This document shows, piece by piece, positions 37,183 through 47,385 of a DNA stretch of 56,207 nt. Origin of the DNA: a plasmid; sequence record NZ_CP117815.1, one strand, 5' to 3'. The notes under the pieces were generated by a model. That model was not told where the DNA came from, did not search any database, and saw only the letters and a program-made list of their open reading frames with translations. The position numbers were made by a program, and so were the translations under genes. Numbering within the stretch: position 1 is the first letter of the stretch; every line of letters starts with the position of its first letter.

Positions 37183-39990
37183 ATGATAACAATTCATGTC
37201 TTGGCTGGAGGTGAATTATTCCAACACGTACTAAATGCCATTAGCGCCTTTATGAAGCAGGACAGTTTTTTAGGGCTTTTACGAATTACCGCATTAATTG
37301 GAATCGTCATGGCCACCATCGGTTTTATTAAAACCCGTGATCCGATGGCATTTGCTCGGTGGTTTTTAGGTTATGTGCTGTTTGTGAATTTGGTGATATT
37401 ACCTAAAACCTCCGTAATGATTGACGATATTTCTTCTCAAACACCAAAACTCGTAGATAATGTACCCGTGGTATTTGCGTTAAGCTCCAGTTTAGTCACA
37501 ACCATTGGCTATGGTTTGGCTCAATCCTACGATGCATTACTTACCATGCCCAATGATTTGCAATACACCAAAACAGGAGCTCTTTTTGGTTCCCGTCTGG
37601 TTTCAGCATCAACCTCATTTCGTATTAAAGATCCCGTGCTTAAAGAAGAAATGAATGAGTATTTCCGTATCTGTGTCGTAGGAGACATTCGATTAAATCG
37701 AAAGTACAGTGTCAGTGATTTAGCGCATTCCACGGACATTTGGAATCTTATTACTGTGAAAGCTTCACCGCTTCGTATGCTCTCTGTGAATGGCAAATTA
37801 GTTTCATGCTTGGAGGCCTCAAAACCTGATGGGCAGTACAGTTTGCGCAAAAAGCTGGATGCTGAAATTAAAAAAGCCTACACATTTTTTGGCGTGAATT
37901 TGTTTGGAAAGCCTAAGAATACCACTTATGAAGCGTTATTTGCTACTCATCTTAAATCAGCCTTTGAGTATTACCAGGGATTAACCGACTCATCCAGTAA
38001 CATTTTTTTACAAAGCATGATGATTAACGCCATAGGCGATGGCGTGGCGCATTATCAGGCGTTTACCGATGCAACCGCAGGAATTGTGAACCAACAATTT
38101 ACAAAATCCCAGGTACAACACCGCTGGAGCTGGGAAGTATTAGGGCAAAAAGCCTTATGGATTTTGCCGATTACCCACACCTGCTTAACACTTATATTAT
38201 TTGGTGTATTTCCGTTGATTATTGCATTAACCACATTACCTGGCGGGATACGAATTCTTTATGGCTATATGCAGTTTTTTATGTCGCTGCAATTTTGGCC
38301 AGTGCTCTTTGCAATACTCAACGCAGGAATGACCATTTATGGCGCTTCCTCATCGGGTGAATATGGTCAATTTACGATGGTGAATCTTGATAAGATTGAT
38401 GAGTTGCATGCGGATATCTCAGGAGCATGTGGCTATTTGATGATGCTTATTCCTTTTCTCTCGCATGGTTTGGTTTCTAATCTAGGCGGCGCATTCAGTA
38501 ATCTCGCAACCAGCATGATGAGTCATATGCAAGGCTCCAGCATGTCAGTGGCAGCGGAGGCAGCCAGCGCCTCTTTTGGTCTTGGTCAAACCAGTTTCTA
38601 TAACACTACTGCTAATAATTTCTCAGCCAATAAACACGATTCCAATTGGACTCACCTGCACGGCATGCGGACTTCCCAATTGGGAAGTGGTGTGTTAAAA
38701 ACCATTACGGGCAGCGGTGATAGAGTGTTTGATGTCAGTCCAGGAATGACGAGAAGTGCTGTATCTATAAATGCACTGGAAGGTTTAAGCGCATCACTGA
38801 ACCAGGCTTATGAGCAATCGACACAAGCTGCTCGAAACGAATCTGCACACTATCAGAATTCATTATCAAATTTTGCCCATCGAGCCCTGCAATTATCACA
38901 ATTGGCAGGGCATGACATGCGTTTGGGAGATAGCATATCGGAAAGTGAGACAGGTCAATACTCCAAAGCCTTATCAACCATTAGCCATATTGCAGAGGAT
39001 GTGGCGCGACGCTTAGGTGTTAGTAAAGAAGACGCACTAACACATTTGACAAGCGGTGGTTTAAGTGCGCAAGTTGGTTTTAAAAGCCAGGGTAGTATAT
39101 GGGGTAAGCTTGCACAATGGGGAACTGGTTTTCATGCAAGCGCTGATGCGCATCTTAAATTCGATCGTAATTCTACAAGTCAAGATAAATATCACACCGG
39201 TATGGACGGTTCCCTTTCGTCTCGTGAATCGCGTGATTTTAATGACGCGATAAGTTATGTGAAACAGTTTTCTCAAAATCATCATTTTGATGATAGTCAT
39301 TCACAAGCGGCTTCATTGTCTAATCAATTGGGTGCTGATCTGAGAGAGGCAGAAACAGCCAGCCGTAATGTGGACGCTTCCCTTGCCAAAGCCACACGCA
39401 TTCAGAATGCCAAAAACTTCGTGGAATCTCATTCATCTCAAATTACCACTGATTTAAATCAAGCATTTCAAGCTTATGTAGCTGCTAGGCTTAATGAGTC
39501 AGAGCGCGATGAATTGTATAGTCACCCAGGGGATCTGCGAGCGCTTAATAAACTTCAGGCATTAGGCCATGACTTTATTGCATCCAAACGAGACGAGTTA
39601 ATTGCCCAATTCGGTAATACAGAACATAAATCACAGATAGAATCGTTTTATCAAAAAGAAAAAAGCGGCTTTATTGCCAAAGAAAACCAATTAGGATCCC
39701 ATTATCAAAAAAACAGCGAAGAGTTTCTTCATCAGGCACAATCAATGAAGGTTGGCATAAATGATAAAGAGCTTGGAGTATTTCATCAAGAGGTGCATCA
39801 ACAAAAGAGTACTTTGCCTCAAAATCTAAAACAAGGAGAGCAATTGATTAAGTCAGGGAGCCGTGATCTAATGAATGAAAAAGATTTGAGGTTACAAGAA
39901 GGCATGATGAATGCTCAAAAAAATGTAGTAGTGCCAGAGAATATGCACCTGCCTTTTGAGGACAAGAAATTACATAAAAAAGGAGAGTAG
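37183..39990 (+). CDS. traG: TraG (VirB6-like polytopic N-domain plus large periplasmic C-domain; mating-pair stabilisation).
   Basis: 935 aa (F TraG 938 aa). Multiple TM helices in the first about 450 aa. RBS AAGGAG. Confidence 0.85.
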   Translation: MITIHVLAGGELFQHVLNAISAFMKQDSFLGLLRITALIGIVMATIGFIKTRDPMAFARWFLGYVLFVNLVILPKTSVMIDDISSQTPKLVDNVPVVFALSSSLVTTIGYGLAQSYDALLTMPNDLQYTKTGALFGSRLVSASTSFRIKDPVLKEEMNEYFRICVVGDIRLNRKYSVSDLAHSTDIWNLITVKASPLRMLSVNGKLVSCLEASKPDGQYSLRKKLDAEIKKAYTFFGVNLFGKPKNTTYEALFATHLKSAFEYYQGLTDSSSNIFLQSMMINAIGDGVAHYQAFTDATAGIVNQQFTKSQVQHRWSWEVLGQKALWILPITHTCLTLILFGVFPLIIALTTLPGGIRILYGYMQFFMSLQFWPVLFAILNAGMTIYGASSSGEYGQFTMVNLDKIDELHADISGACGYLMMLIPFLSHGLVSNLGGAFSNLATSMMSHMQGSSMSVAAEAASASFGLGQTSFYNTTANNFSANKHDSNWTHLHGMRTSQLGSGVLKTITGSGDRVFDVSPGMTRSAVSINALEGLSASLNQAYEQSTQAARNESAHYQNSLSNFAHRALQLSQLAGHDMRLGDSISESETGQYSKALSTISHIAEDVARRLGVSKEDALTHLTSGGLSAQVGFKSQGSIWGKLAQWGTGFHASADAHLKFDRNSTSQDKYHTGMDGSLSSRESRDFNDAISYVKQFSQNHHFDDSHSQAASLSNQLGADLREAETASRNVDASLAKATRIQNAKNFVESHSSQITTDLNQAFQAYVAARLNESERDELYSHPGDLRALNKLQALGHDFIASKRDELIAQFGNTEHKSQIESFYQKEKSGFIAKENQLGSHYQKNSEEFLHQAQSMKVGINDKELGVFHQEVHQQKSTLPQNLKQGEQLIKSGSRDLMNEKDLRLQEGMMNAQKNVVVPENMHLPFEDKKLHKKGE

Positions 39991-40030
39991 AGTGGATCCA
40001 AAACAATTAAAGCAAGCCATAGCAGAGGAC

Positions 40031-40579
40031 ATGAAAACTATTAAAATGCTAAACCCAGAGATTATTCCTGCCCGTTTTTATTACGGAGGGCTCTTAAAAG
40101 GAGTTTTTAATGGGGTATGGCGGATGTCTATAATCCTTTTTTTAACGCTATGCTATGTTATGAGTGATGACAAGGAGCCGATCTCTTTTTCCTCCTTGTT
40201 TATTGATTCAGGCATTACCGCTCTATTCTTAAGCATCGTTGCGATGCTTATCTTGCTAACTCCCATTAGTTTTTTTGTTCAATTTCAGTTTCATCTGGAG
40301 AAAAAATTAAAGACTAGTGCATTAATAAGAAAAAAATGTAACCACATTTCAATGGTGTTTTTTGGCATGTTTGCATTCTTGTGTATTTTGTTTGGCAGTT
40401 ATGCTTCTGGACAGCAGATTTTTTTTATGTTGGTAGTGTCATTCTTCCTGAGTTTAGGAGCGACTCATATTGCGGTCCATATGGAATTAAGCCGAATTGG
40501 CTTTAGCAGCCTATTTACTCTATGTAATGAATTCTTTTCTAAAGGAAAAACTGTCTCAATAGAAGAAGCCCAGAAATAA
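40031..40579 (+). CDS. Polytopic inner-membrane protein in traS (entry-exclusion) position between traG and traD.
   Basis: Four hydrophobic helices. Start chosen at ATG 40031 with RBS GCAGAGGA; the track's start at 39956 lies inside traG. No sequence-level family call is possible, which is expected for TraS-like exclusion proteins. Confidence 0.45.
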   Translation: MKTIKMLNPEIIPARFYYGGLLKGVFNGVWRMSIILFLTLCYVMSDDKEPISFSSLFIDSGITALFLSIVAMLILLTPISFFVQFQFHLEKKLKTSALIRKKCNHISMVFFGMFAFLCILFGSYASGQQIFFMLVVSFFLSLGATHIAVHMELSRIGFSSLFTLCNEFFSKGKTVSIEEAQK

Positions 40580-40670
40580 AAAATAAAACGCAAAAAGAAT
40601 AAATTTTAACCATTTTACAGGCAATGGTAGCTACTGCTTTGCCTAAAAAAGAGGATAAGGAGTAAATATT

Positions 40671-42506
40671 GTGCGTGAAGAGCCGAATTTCAAACACTAT
40701 ACTCGTGGCGGGCAAATCAGTTTTCACAATCTGCGGATGTGGGATCAAATTACTAAAACGTTGGTATGGGTTTGTCTTTTTCTTTGGGTCGTATTAACCG
40801 GCTTAATTACCTGGTTGGTTATATCTCCCGAAAAATTCCACCAAGCCATTGCTTATTACTATGCAAGTTTCTTAAATCTCGTTGGGCAAAAGCATACCTT
40901 CACGCTTCCCTTTCACGGAAAAAACTATCAACAAAACGTGGAGACAATTCTGCATTATCCTTATTACAAAGAGAATGCCGATCATATGGTAGATCTATTA
41001 GGAAAATCTTCATTGGCAGCTTTCGTATTTTCATTTGTTTTGGGACTTTGCTTTGCCTTTTATTTTATCCACAGGGGAAAAGCGCAGCGTGCTAATCAGT
41101 TTATTCGTGGCAGCCGTATTGATACAAAGGAAAATGTAATCCAACAAATCCTGGACAAAAAAGAAAACTCTGATATCACTATTGACGGGTTTCCCCTCAA
41201 AGCGAACAGCGAAGTTCAACATCTGTTGGTGCATGGAACTGTAGGTACTGGAAAAAGTCAGCTCATTATGAAAATCATGGATGCCTTACGCAAGAGGGGA
41301 GATAGAGTTATTGTCTATGATAAGGGATGTGCCTTTATTCCGCATTATTTTGATTCAAATCAGGATGTCATTCTAAATCCCTTTGATGCGAGGTGTCCTA
41401 ATTGGGATATGTGGCTTGAAGCACCTCGGGATTCTGATTTCGAAAACATGGCAGAAAGCCTTATTCCGATGCATGGCGATTCTGAGCCCTTCTGGGTGAA
41501 TGCCGCGAGAACTGTATTTTCTTCGGTTGCTGCTAAAATGCGAAAAGATAAAGATCGATCCGTTGAAAAATTGCTTAAGTTGCTGTTGACCGGTGAGTTT
41601 TCTCATTTAGAGGATTATCTTAAAGGAACAGCTGCTGCAACTCTAGTTAGCGGTAAAATTGAAAAAACGGCTATTTCCATTCGTTCAGTTATTACCACTT
41701 ATTTAAAATCGCTTTCTACCTTATCAGGACTTGATTCAGAAGGGGCAAGCCCATTTTCTATTCGTGACTACATTTTAAATGAACAGCACAGTGGTTGGCT
41801 TTTTATTTCATCCAATGGCGAACAACACAAATCATTAAAGCCTTTAATGTCTATGTGGTTAGCCATGGCTTCCCTCACATTGTTAAGTCTTACGCCTAAT
41901 CCAGATCGCCGGATTTGGTTCATTTGTGATGAATTGCCAAGTCTTCATAAATTACCGCTTTTAGGTGAGACCATTGCAGAAGTCCGAAAATTTGGTGGTT
42001 GCTTTTTATTAGGAATGCAAAGTTTCTCTCAGCTCACCAAAGTGTATGGTCAATCAGGCGGTGCTAAGGAATTGTTTGACTTGCTGAACACCCGTTTTTT
42101 CTTTAGAAGCCCAAGCGCTGATATGGCTCGTTTGGTTGCCAGCGAGCTGGGAGAAGAAGAAATTGAAGAATCACGAGAAAATTATTCCTATGGAGCTAAT
42201 AGTATTCGAGATGGAATATCTCTTGGTAGCCAGCGTGTGACACGTCCCATTGTATCCTATCCACAAATTTTGGAACTGGAAGATCTAAGATGTTTTGTGC
42301 GTCTTCCAGGAAGTTATCCCATTACTCAACTCACGCTTGAACTTGAGAATCGGCCTAAATATTTGAAAGGGTTTGTTGAGCGCCAATTCATTATTGATGA
42401 AATGCTACAAAAGCTCGTTAAAGAAACTGAGAGCACAGAGGATGAAGCTATTGCGAAGCGCAAATGCCATAACAAAAAATCCGTGGAAATAGAATTTGAA
42501 GTTTAG
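40671..42506 (+). CDS. traD: TraD (VirD4-family type IV coupling protein).
   Basis: N-terminal TM helices. Walker A HGTVGTGKS. 611 aa. GTG start with RBS AAGGAG. Confidence 0.85.
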   Translation: MREEPNFKHYTRGGQISFHNLRMWDQITKTLVWVCLFLWVVLTGLITWLVISPEKFHQAIAYYYASFLNLVGQKHTFTLPFHGKNYQQNVETILHYPYYKENADHMVDLLGKSSLAAFVFSFVLGLCFAFYFIHRGKAQRANQFIRGSRIDTKENVIQQILDKKENSDITIDGFPLKANSEVQHLLVHGTVGTGKSQLIMKIMDALRKRGDRVIVYDKGCAFIPHYFDSNQDVILNPFDARCPNWDMWLEAPRDSDFENMAESLIPMHGDSEPFWVNAARTVFSSVAAKMRKDKDRSVEKLLKLLLTGEFSHLEDYLKGTAAATLVSGKIEKTAISIRSVITTYLKSLSTLSGLDSEGASPFSIRDYILNEQHSGWLFISSNGEQHKSLKPLMSMWLAMASLTLLSLTPNPDRRIWFICDELPSLHKLPLLGETIAEVRKFGGCFLLGMQSFSQLTKVYGQSGGAKELFDLLNTRFFFRSPSADMARLVASELGEEEIEESRENYSYGANSIRDGISLGSQRVTRPIVSYPQILELEDLRCFVRLPGSYPITQLTLELENRPKYLKGFVERQFIIDEMLQKLVKETESTEDEAIAKRKCHNKKSVEIEFEV

Positions 42507-42520
42507 AATAAGGAATAGGC

Positions 42521-45469
42521 ATGCTCAGTGTAGAACCGCTTAAATCAGCTCAAGGTGCTGCTGATTATTACTCTAAAGCATTCAATTATTATTCAGGCGA
42601 TGCCACAGCCATGCAGTGGCTAGGGCAGGGTAGTCAAAAATTGAAGCTCTCTGGTGTTGTGCAAAAAGAACAGATGCTGGCTTTATTAGAAGGTAGATTG
42701 CCAGATGGCCAAGTTTTACAAAATCTTGAAGGAGAACATCGGCCTGGTTTTGATATGACCTTTTCTGCTCCTAAATCAGTGTCAGTTTTAGTAGGATTAG
42801 GTTTAGCACCTGAATTAGTACGGTTTCATGATGAGGCGGTGCAATTGACTATCCGACAAATTGAAAAGGAATTTGCAGAAACCAGGGTTTCCCGTAGGGG
42901 TGAAATTTCTTTTGAGAAGACCAATAACTTATTGGTTGCAGCATTCAGACAGCCAAGTTCTCGTGCTAATGATCCAGCATTACATACCCACTGTGTCACC
43001 ATGAATATTACATTTCATGAAGGTAAAGCGCGATCATTGTCAAGTGATCCTTCAAGAGAACATGGGGTAATCGAGCAGATTCAAAATAATGCTCACTATT
43101 GTGGTTTAATTTATCGTCAACATTTGGCCAATAAGCTTAAGGAAACGGGCTTTCATTTGCGATTAACAGGAAAAGGTTTGTTTGAAATTGATGGTGTTCC
43201 TGATGAGGTTTTACATGAATTTTCAACAAGGCGAATGGATATTTTGGGGTATATGGATGAGAAGGGTTGGAATGGTGCAAAAAGTGCATCCACTGCTACT
43301 GTACTGACTCGCAAGAATAAAGAAGAACATGATATCAATCTCCTTACAGAAGATTGGAAACAACGCGCAAAAGATATAGGGTTTGATGCTCAAGCGTTTA
43401 TGCAACATCGAGATAAATCGCAATCTATTTCTTGGCTCTCAGGGGTTAAAGATAGATTATTGGCTTTAGTAAACAAATATAAAAAAGATTCTAGCCCATC
43501 AGAGATAGAAGCAGCACACGCTTGTGTTGTCGTCGCAATAGAAACGTTAAGTCAGCGAACTTCAATTTTTTCAGAAAGAATGTTAACTCAAGAAGCGATG
43601 AAACATAGTCTTATTTATCCAAAAGCGGTTTCAAGGCAATCAATTATTGAATCTATCCAACAAGAAATAAAAAGTCAAACGCTATATGAAGCAAGATGCT
43701 TCGATCGTGGAGAACGCTTGCTCACAACACCTTGGCTTTTAACTTTGGAAACAGAAACTATAGCCAGAATTGATCGCAATAAAGGTGCAGTTCCCGCTAT
43801 TGCCCACCTTAATGCAGTTACAGCTTTCCAGAAAATGCGCAGCTCTTTGTTACCTTACCCCATGACCAATTCACAAAAAGAATCCATGAAGGTGTTGTTA
43901 ACGAGCAAAGATCGATATTTGGCTATTCAAGGTTATGCAGGAGTTGCCAAAACTTCTATGCTTTCAGAGGCGAGAATTTTTATCGAAGCTCAAGGGCATA
44001 AGCTCCGTGGGATTACGGTTGCAAGCTCTGCAGCACATGAGTTGCAAGAAAAAGCAGGGATTAAAGCTGATGTATTCCCCTTGGTGCATCAGGAATTGAA
44101 AGAAGCACAAACAGCTTCCTTAACTAAAACACTATTTATTATCGATGAAGCATCCATGCTTTCTTCTCACCAAGGCCATGAGTTGATGAAGCAAATTGAG
44201 CGTGTTGGTGCACGGCTCGTATTAGTTGGGGATAGAGCTCAGCTACCCAGTGTGAATGCAGGGCGAATCTTTGGGTTAACCCAAGAATATGGTATTGAAA
44301 CCGCTGTCATGGATGAAGTTGTTCGGCAAAAAAACGAGATCTTAAGGCAAGCTGTAATAGCAACCACGAAAGGTTTTGTGCAAGAAGCATTAGATAATTT
44401 GGATGTTAAAACGCTTGCGACTCATAAAGAGCGTATTGCTTGGATTGCCAATCATTGGCTTTCTTTATCCGCATCCGCGCGAGATGAAACGTTGCTATTT
44501 GCGCCAACACACGCCAATAGAGAAGAAATTACCACATTTATTCGCAGTGGATTAAAACAAGAGGGGACCTTAAAAGGCGAGCAGTTTAGTCAAATTATTC
44601 TTAAAACAAAAATGATGGAACCTATCCAGAGCCGATTTGTGGCCTATTACCAGAAAGGCGATATGGTGCGTTTTAACCAAAGTTTTAAAAGGAATAAAAT
44701 TCACGCTGGTAGTTATTACACGGTAGGAGAAATTAGTAAAAAGCATCGTCAAGATAATGTGTTACCACTGATTGATGAGAGTGGTAATTTAATCAAATTT
44801 AATCTAAACAATCTGCCAAACTACAAAACTCATACAGCCCCTTTTGAACGAACCATTGAAGTATATGAAACAAAATCCTTGGAGCTTTTGGTTGGTGATA
44901 AGGTCATGTGGACGCGAAATTTTAAAGCTAACGATATACGAAATGGTCAATGTGCGACTCTTCATGAAATAAAAAACAACTCTTTTATGTTTATCACGAA
45001 AGAAGGGCGTTTATTAACACTCGAAAAATCCCATCCCGCCTTAAAACATCTTGATTATAGCTATGTTCTTACTAACTACAAGGTTCAAGGGAAAGATGCA
45101 CCCTATGGCATTGGTTTAATGGAATCATTTCACCGATTTGGCAGTACCTTAAACAATTTTTACGTCCAAATTTCCAGAGCAATTCATGGTATGACTTTGG
45201 TAACGGATAATAAAGAAGAATTAGTTCATGCTATTCGAAGAAATTCGAACGAAAAACCAGCCTCAATGGATATTACCTCAAGCGCACAATTAATTCATCA
45301 TGAGCGTCGATTCGGGGCGCAAAATCAATTATCCATACAATCAGTAATTGATAAGAAAAAATCCCTTGAAATTCAAGAAATATCTAAATCAATGAATCAA
45401 GATGATCTCATTATTGAGAAGAAAGGACCTCATTTAACCAAGCAATTAAGTAAAGAATTAGAACTATAA
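42521..45469 (+). CDS. traI: MOBF relaxase-helicase, TrwC/TraI-like (982 aa).
   Basis: N-terminal relaxase domain: ...DMTFSAPKSVSVL... and the His triad HTHCVTMN align with TrwC/TraI_F. C-terminal helicase domain with Walker A GYAGVAKTS. Length is close to TrwC (966 aa) rather than F TraI (1756 aa). Confidence 0.85.
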   Translation: MLSVEPLKSAQGAADYYSKAFNYYSGDATAMQWLGQGSQKLKLSGVVQKEQMLALLEGRLPDGQVLQNLEGEHRPGFDMTFSAPKSVSVLVGLGLAPELVRFHDEAVQLTIRQIEKEFAETRVSRRGEISFEKTNNLLVAAFRQPSSRANDPALHTHCVTMNITFHEGKARSLSSDPSREHGVIEQIQNNAHYCGLIYRQHLANKLKETGFHLRLTGKGLFEIDGVPDEVLHEFSTRRMDILGYMDEKGWNGAKSASTATVLTRKNKEEHDINLLTEDWKQRAKDIGFDAQAFMQHRDKSQSISWLSGVKDRLLALVNKYKKDSSPSEIEAAHACVVVAIETLSQRTSIFSERMLTQEAMKHSLIYPKAVSRQSIIESIQQEIKSQTLYEARCFDRGERLLTTPWLLTLETETIARIDRNKGAVPAIAHLNAVTAFQKMRSSLLPYPMTNSQKESMKVLLTSKDRYLAIQGYAGVAKTSMLSEARIFIEAQGHKLRGITVASSAAHELQEKAGIKADVFPLVHQELKEAQTASLTKTLFIIDEASMLSSHQGHELMKQIERVGARLVLVGDRAQLPSVNAGRIFGLTQEYGIETAVMDEVVRQKNEILRQAVIATTKGFVQEALDNLDVKTLATHKERIAWIANHWLSLSASARDETLLFAPTHANREEITTFIRSGLKQEGTLKGEQFSQIILKTKMMEPIQSRFVAYYQKGDMVRFNQSFKRNKIHAGSYYTVGEISKKHRQDNVLPLIDESGNLIKFNLNNLPNYKTHTAPFERTIEVYETKSLELLVGDKVMWTRNFKANDIRNGQCATLHEIKNNSFMFITKEGRLLTLEKSHPALKHLDYSYVLTNYKVQGKDAPYGIGLMESFHRFGSTLNNFYVQISRAIHGMTLVTDNKEELVHAIRRNSNEKPASMDITSSAQLIHHERRFGAQNQLSIQSVIDKKKSLEIQEISKSMNQDDLIIEKKGPHLTKQLSKELEL

Positions 45470-45485
45470 GATAGGAGGAGTTTAT

Positions 45486-45809
45486 ATGTCACGTTTAACC
45501 ATTTCATTGCCAGATAATTTGCATCAACACATATCAGCATTAGCTATAAAAAATAATGATTCTATGTCCAATATGATCAATCAATTAATTCAAGTTGGAT
45601 TACATCACTGGTTTAAAAATGACGGAAACTTCAAAGCAAATCCAGCTGTCGAAAAGTACTGCCATCAACTAATTATTCAGATGAATGCGCTTATTAAAAA
45701 TATGTCAATTGAGTTGTTGAAATTGGATAGAGAGGATTTTGAGAAGCTACAGCAGGCTGCGGCTATTAAATATAGCGAACTTAAAAACAGTGCGCATGAA
45801 AATCTTTAG
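45486..45809 (+). CDS. Ribbon-helix-helix (CopG/Arc/MetJ-type) DNA-binding protein; possible relaxosome accessory protein (TrwA/TraY-like) or orphan antitoxin.
   Basis: N-terminus MSRLTISLPDNLHQHISALAIKNNDSMSNMINQLI matches the RHH beta-strand plus two-helix pattern. Last gene before the transposon insertion. Confidence 0.55.
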   Translation: MSRLTISLPDNLHQHISALAIKNNDSMSNMINQLIQVGLHHWFKNDGNFKANPAVEKYCHQLIIQMNALIKNMSIELLKLDREDFEKLQQAAAIKYSELKNSAHENL

Positions 45810-45814
45810 AAGAT
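45810..45814. repeat. 5-bp target-site duplication AAGAT (left copy) of the Tn3-family transposon.
   Basis: An identical AAGAT is found at 51147-51151, immediately outside the other terminal IR. Confidence 0.8.
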
Positions 45815-45852
45815 GGGGTGTGACAAGCAATGGAACGAAAAGGTACTCTAAG
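45815..45852. repeat. Tn3-family 38-bp terminal inverted repeat (left).
   Basis: See the mobile_element entry. Confidence 0.85.
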
Positions 45853-45991
45853 GAAAAATCACTAAGCCAGTTCTAGTATTTCAGTGGTATTAAGCTCTCT
45901 TAATTGTTCTTTTTGCTGCGACTTAGGCAACATAGATGAAAAGTTGCCCAGAAAATTAATATGTTTTCATCCTAGAGGTGTAATTCTCGGA

Positions 45992-46435
45992 TCATCTATT
46001 CCTATTGTTCTCTGAAAAATTAACTGCTAAGTGATTCACGCCATAAATTGTTTCAACATAACACCCACTTGTGCTATTTATTGGAACACCGGTTATAAAA
46101 GTAATTGTGTCAAAGGGGCCTGTTGATTTCATACTACGTTTGGTATCAAGATAAAAATCACAACCAGAATTACCATTAATGTAACGAAAGTGCTGTATAC
46201 CTGTATCATTAGGTGTTGGAACACTAAATACGACTGAGCCATATGCTGGTATAAACCGGGCCTCTTCTGGAATTAAATTTGAATCAGTTGTTATCTCCAT
46301 ATTCGCTTGATTATTTAAACTAATGCGAACATAACTTTGATGATCATTGCTTGAATTTTCAGCATTTAACACGGAAATATCTGCGTGACTTAAACATGAA
46401 AATAGTAGTCCTGGAATTAAGTAGTTAATTTTCAT
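45992..46435 (-). CDS. Secreted hypothetical protein (transposon cargo).
   Basis: Signal peptide MKINYLIPGLLFSCLSHA. Beta-rich with two Cys. No motif recognised. Confidence 0.45.
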   Translation of the reverse strand: MKINYLIPGLLFSCLSHADISVLNAENSSNDHQSYVRISLNNQANMEITTDSNLIPEEARFIPAYGSVVFSVPTPNDTGIQHFRYINGNSGCDFYLDTKRSMKSTGPFDTITFITGVPINSTSGCYVETIYGVNHLAVNFSENNRNR

Positions 46436-46483
46436 AATATACTTCCTAAGTTAGTTTAGTTTCTAAATTTACCAGCATAAAAT

Positions 46484-46699
46484 TCATTCATTTTTTTCAT
46501 CTCGAAACGCTAAAATATCACCTGGTTCGCAACTTAAGTATTTACATATTGCGTTTAGAGTTGAAAAACGAATGGCTTTCGCTTTACCTGTTTTTAATAA
46601 GGATAGGTTTTGTTCTGTAATACCGATAAACTCTGCTAATTCTTTAGAGCGAATTTTGCGCTTAGCAAGCATCACATCTAAATTGATAACGATTGACAT
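46484..46699 (-). CDS. XRE/Cro-C1-type HTH transcriptional regulator (YozG-like), transposon cargo.
   Basis: MSIVINLDVMLAKRKIRSKELAEFIGITEQNLSLLKTGKAKAIRFSTLNAICKYLSCEPGDIL is a canonical XRE HTH with the YozG-like C-terminal GDIL. Confidence 0.8.
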   Translation of the reverse strand: MSIVINLDVMLAKRKIRSKELAEFIGITEQNLSLLKTGKAKAIRFSTLNAICKYLSCEPGDILAFRDEKNE

Positions 46700-46708
46700 A
46701 CTTTTTAA

Positions 46709-47158
46709 TCATACAGTAAGTTGTTGTTCTTCTCGAATTCGATAGGCTTCCATCATAATCCAAGAGTTAATTATAATTAAGAACGCTAAGAAGATCATTT
46801 CAATGCTGTCGATACTAATTCCAATCCATGTAAAAGAAGAAGTAATATATTTACATAAAGGAATAAGTATTTGCTCGGCTAACAAAATGTAGCCAATATT
46901 GCGAATAAACTTCACGTTAGAAAGGGTAAAAAAACTGTTTTTCTTATATGAATCAAATAACCGAATAAGAAAAAATAAAATCAATAAATTTGCCAAAGTG
47001 GAAATTAACGCCATAGAAAAATTAGTCCAAGGCTTATCTAATTGAGTAATGCCCATGCAAACGGCTAACCAACTAACGACAAATCCTCCAGCTAGTAACA
47101 AAAAACTGATTATAAAAATAGTTTTGAAAACTGAACTTATGCGTTGAATTTTATTCAT
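46709..47158 (-). CDS. Small polytopic membrane protein, the usual partner of YozG-like HTH regulators (DUF2975-like). Transposon cargo.
   Basis: Four hydrophobic helices. Immediately upstream of, and 9 nt from, the HTH gene on the same strand. Confidence 0.5.
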   Translation of the reverse strand: MNKIQRISSVFKTIFIISFLLLAGGFVVSWLAVCMGITQLDKPWTNFSMALISTLANLLILFFLIRLFDSYKKNSFFTLSNVKFIRNIGYILLAEQILIPLCKYITSSFTWIGISIDSIEMIFLAFLIIINSWIMMEAYRIREEQQLTV

Positions 47159-47385
47159 AAATAACTACTCCGAACATCTAGGTTGTTAGCGGAGGATAAT
47201 AAGTCATTTATTATTGTTTTTCAATAATTATTATATAAATAATAATAAAATATTAATTTTTTTCATAGAAACCTTATCTTGGCAAATATCTTGTCAACTC
47301 CAATTTTTGTTTATTGAATAATAAGACATTGAAAGATCGCTGTATATTTAAGGTTGAGGATTAGTTAATCGCCAAAGTAATAAAA

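Noticed and set aside
39956-40030. Possibility that the membrane ORF after traG is traT (surface exclusion lipoprotein).
   Set aside because: No lipobox or signal peptide. Polytopic helices fit an inner-membrane TraS-like protein better. The family cannot be assigned by sequence.
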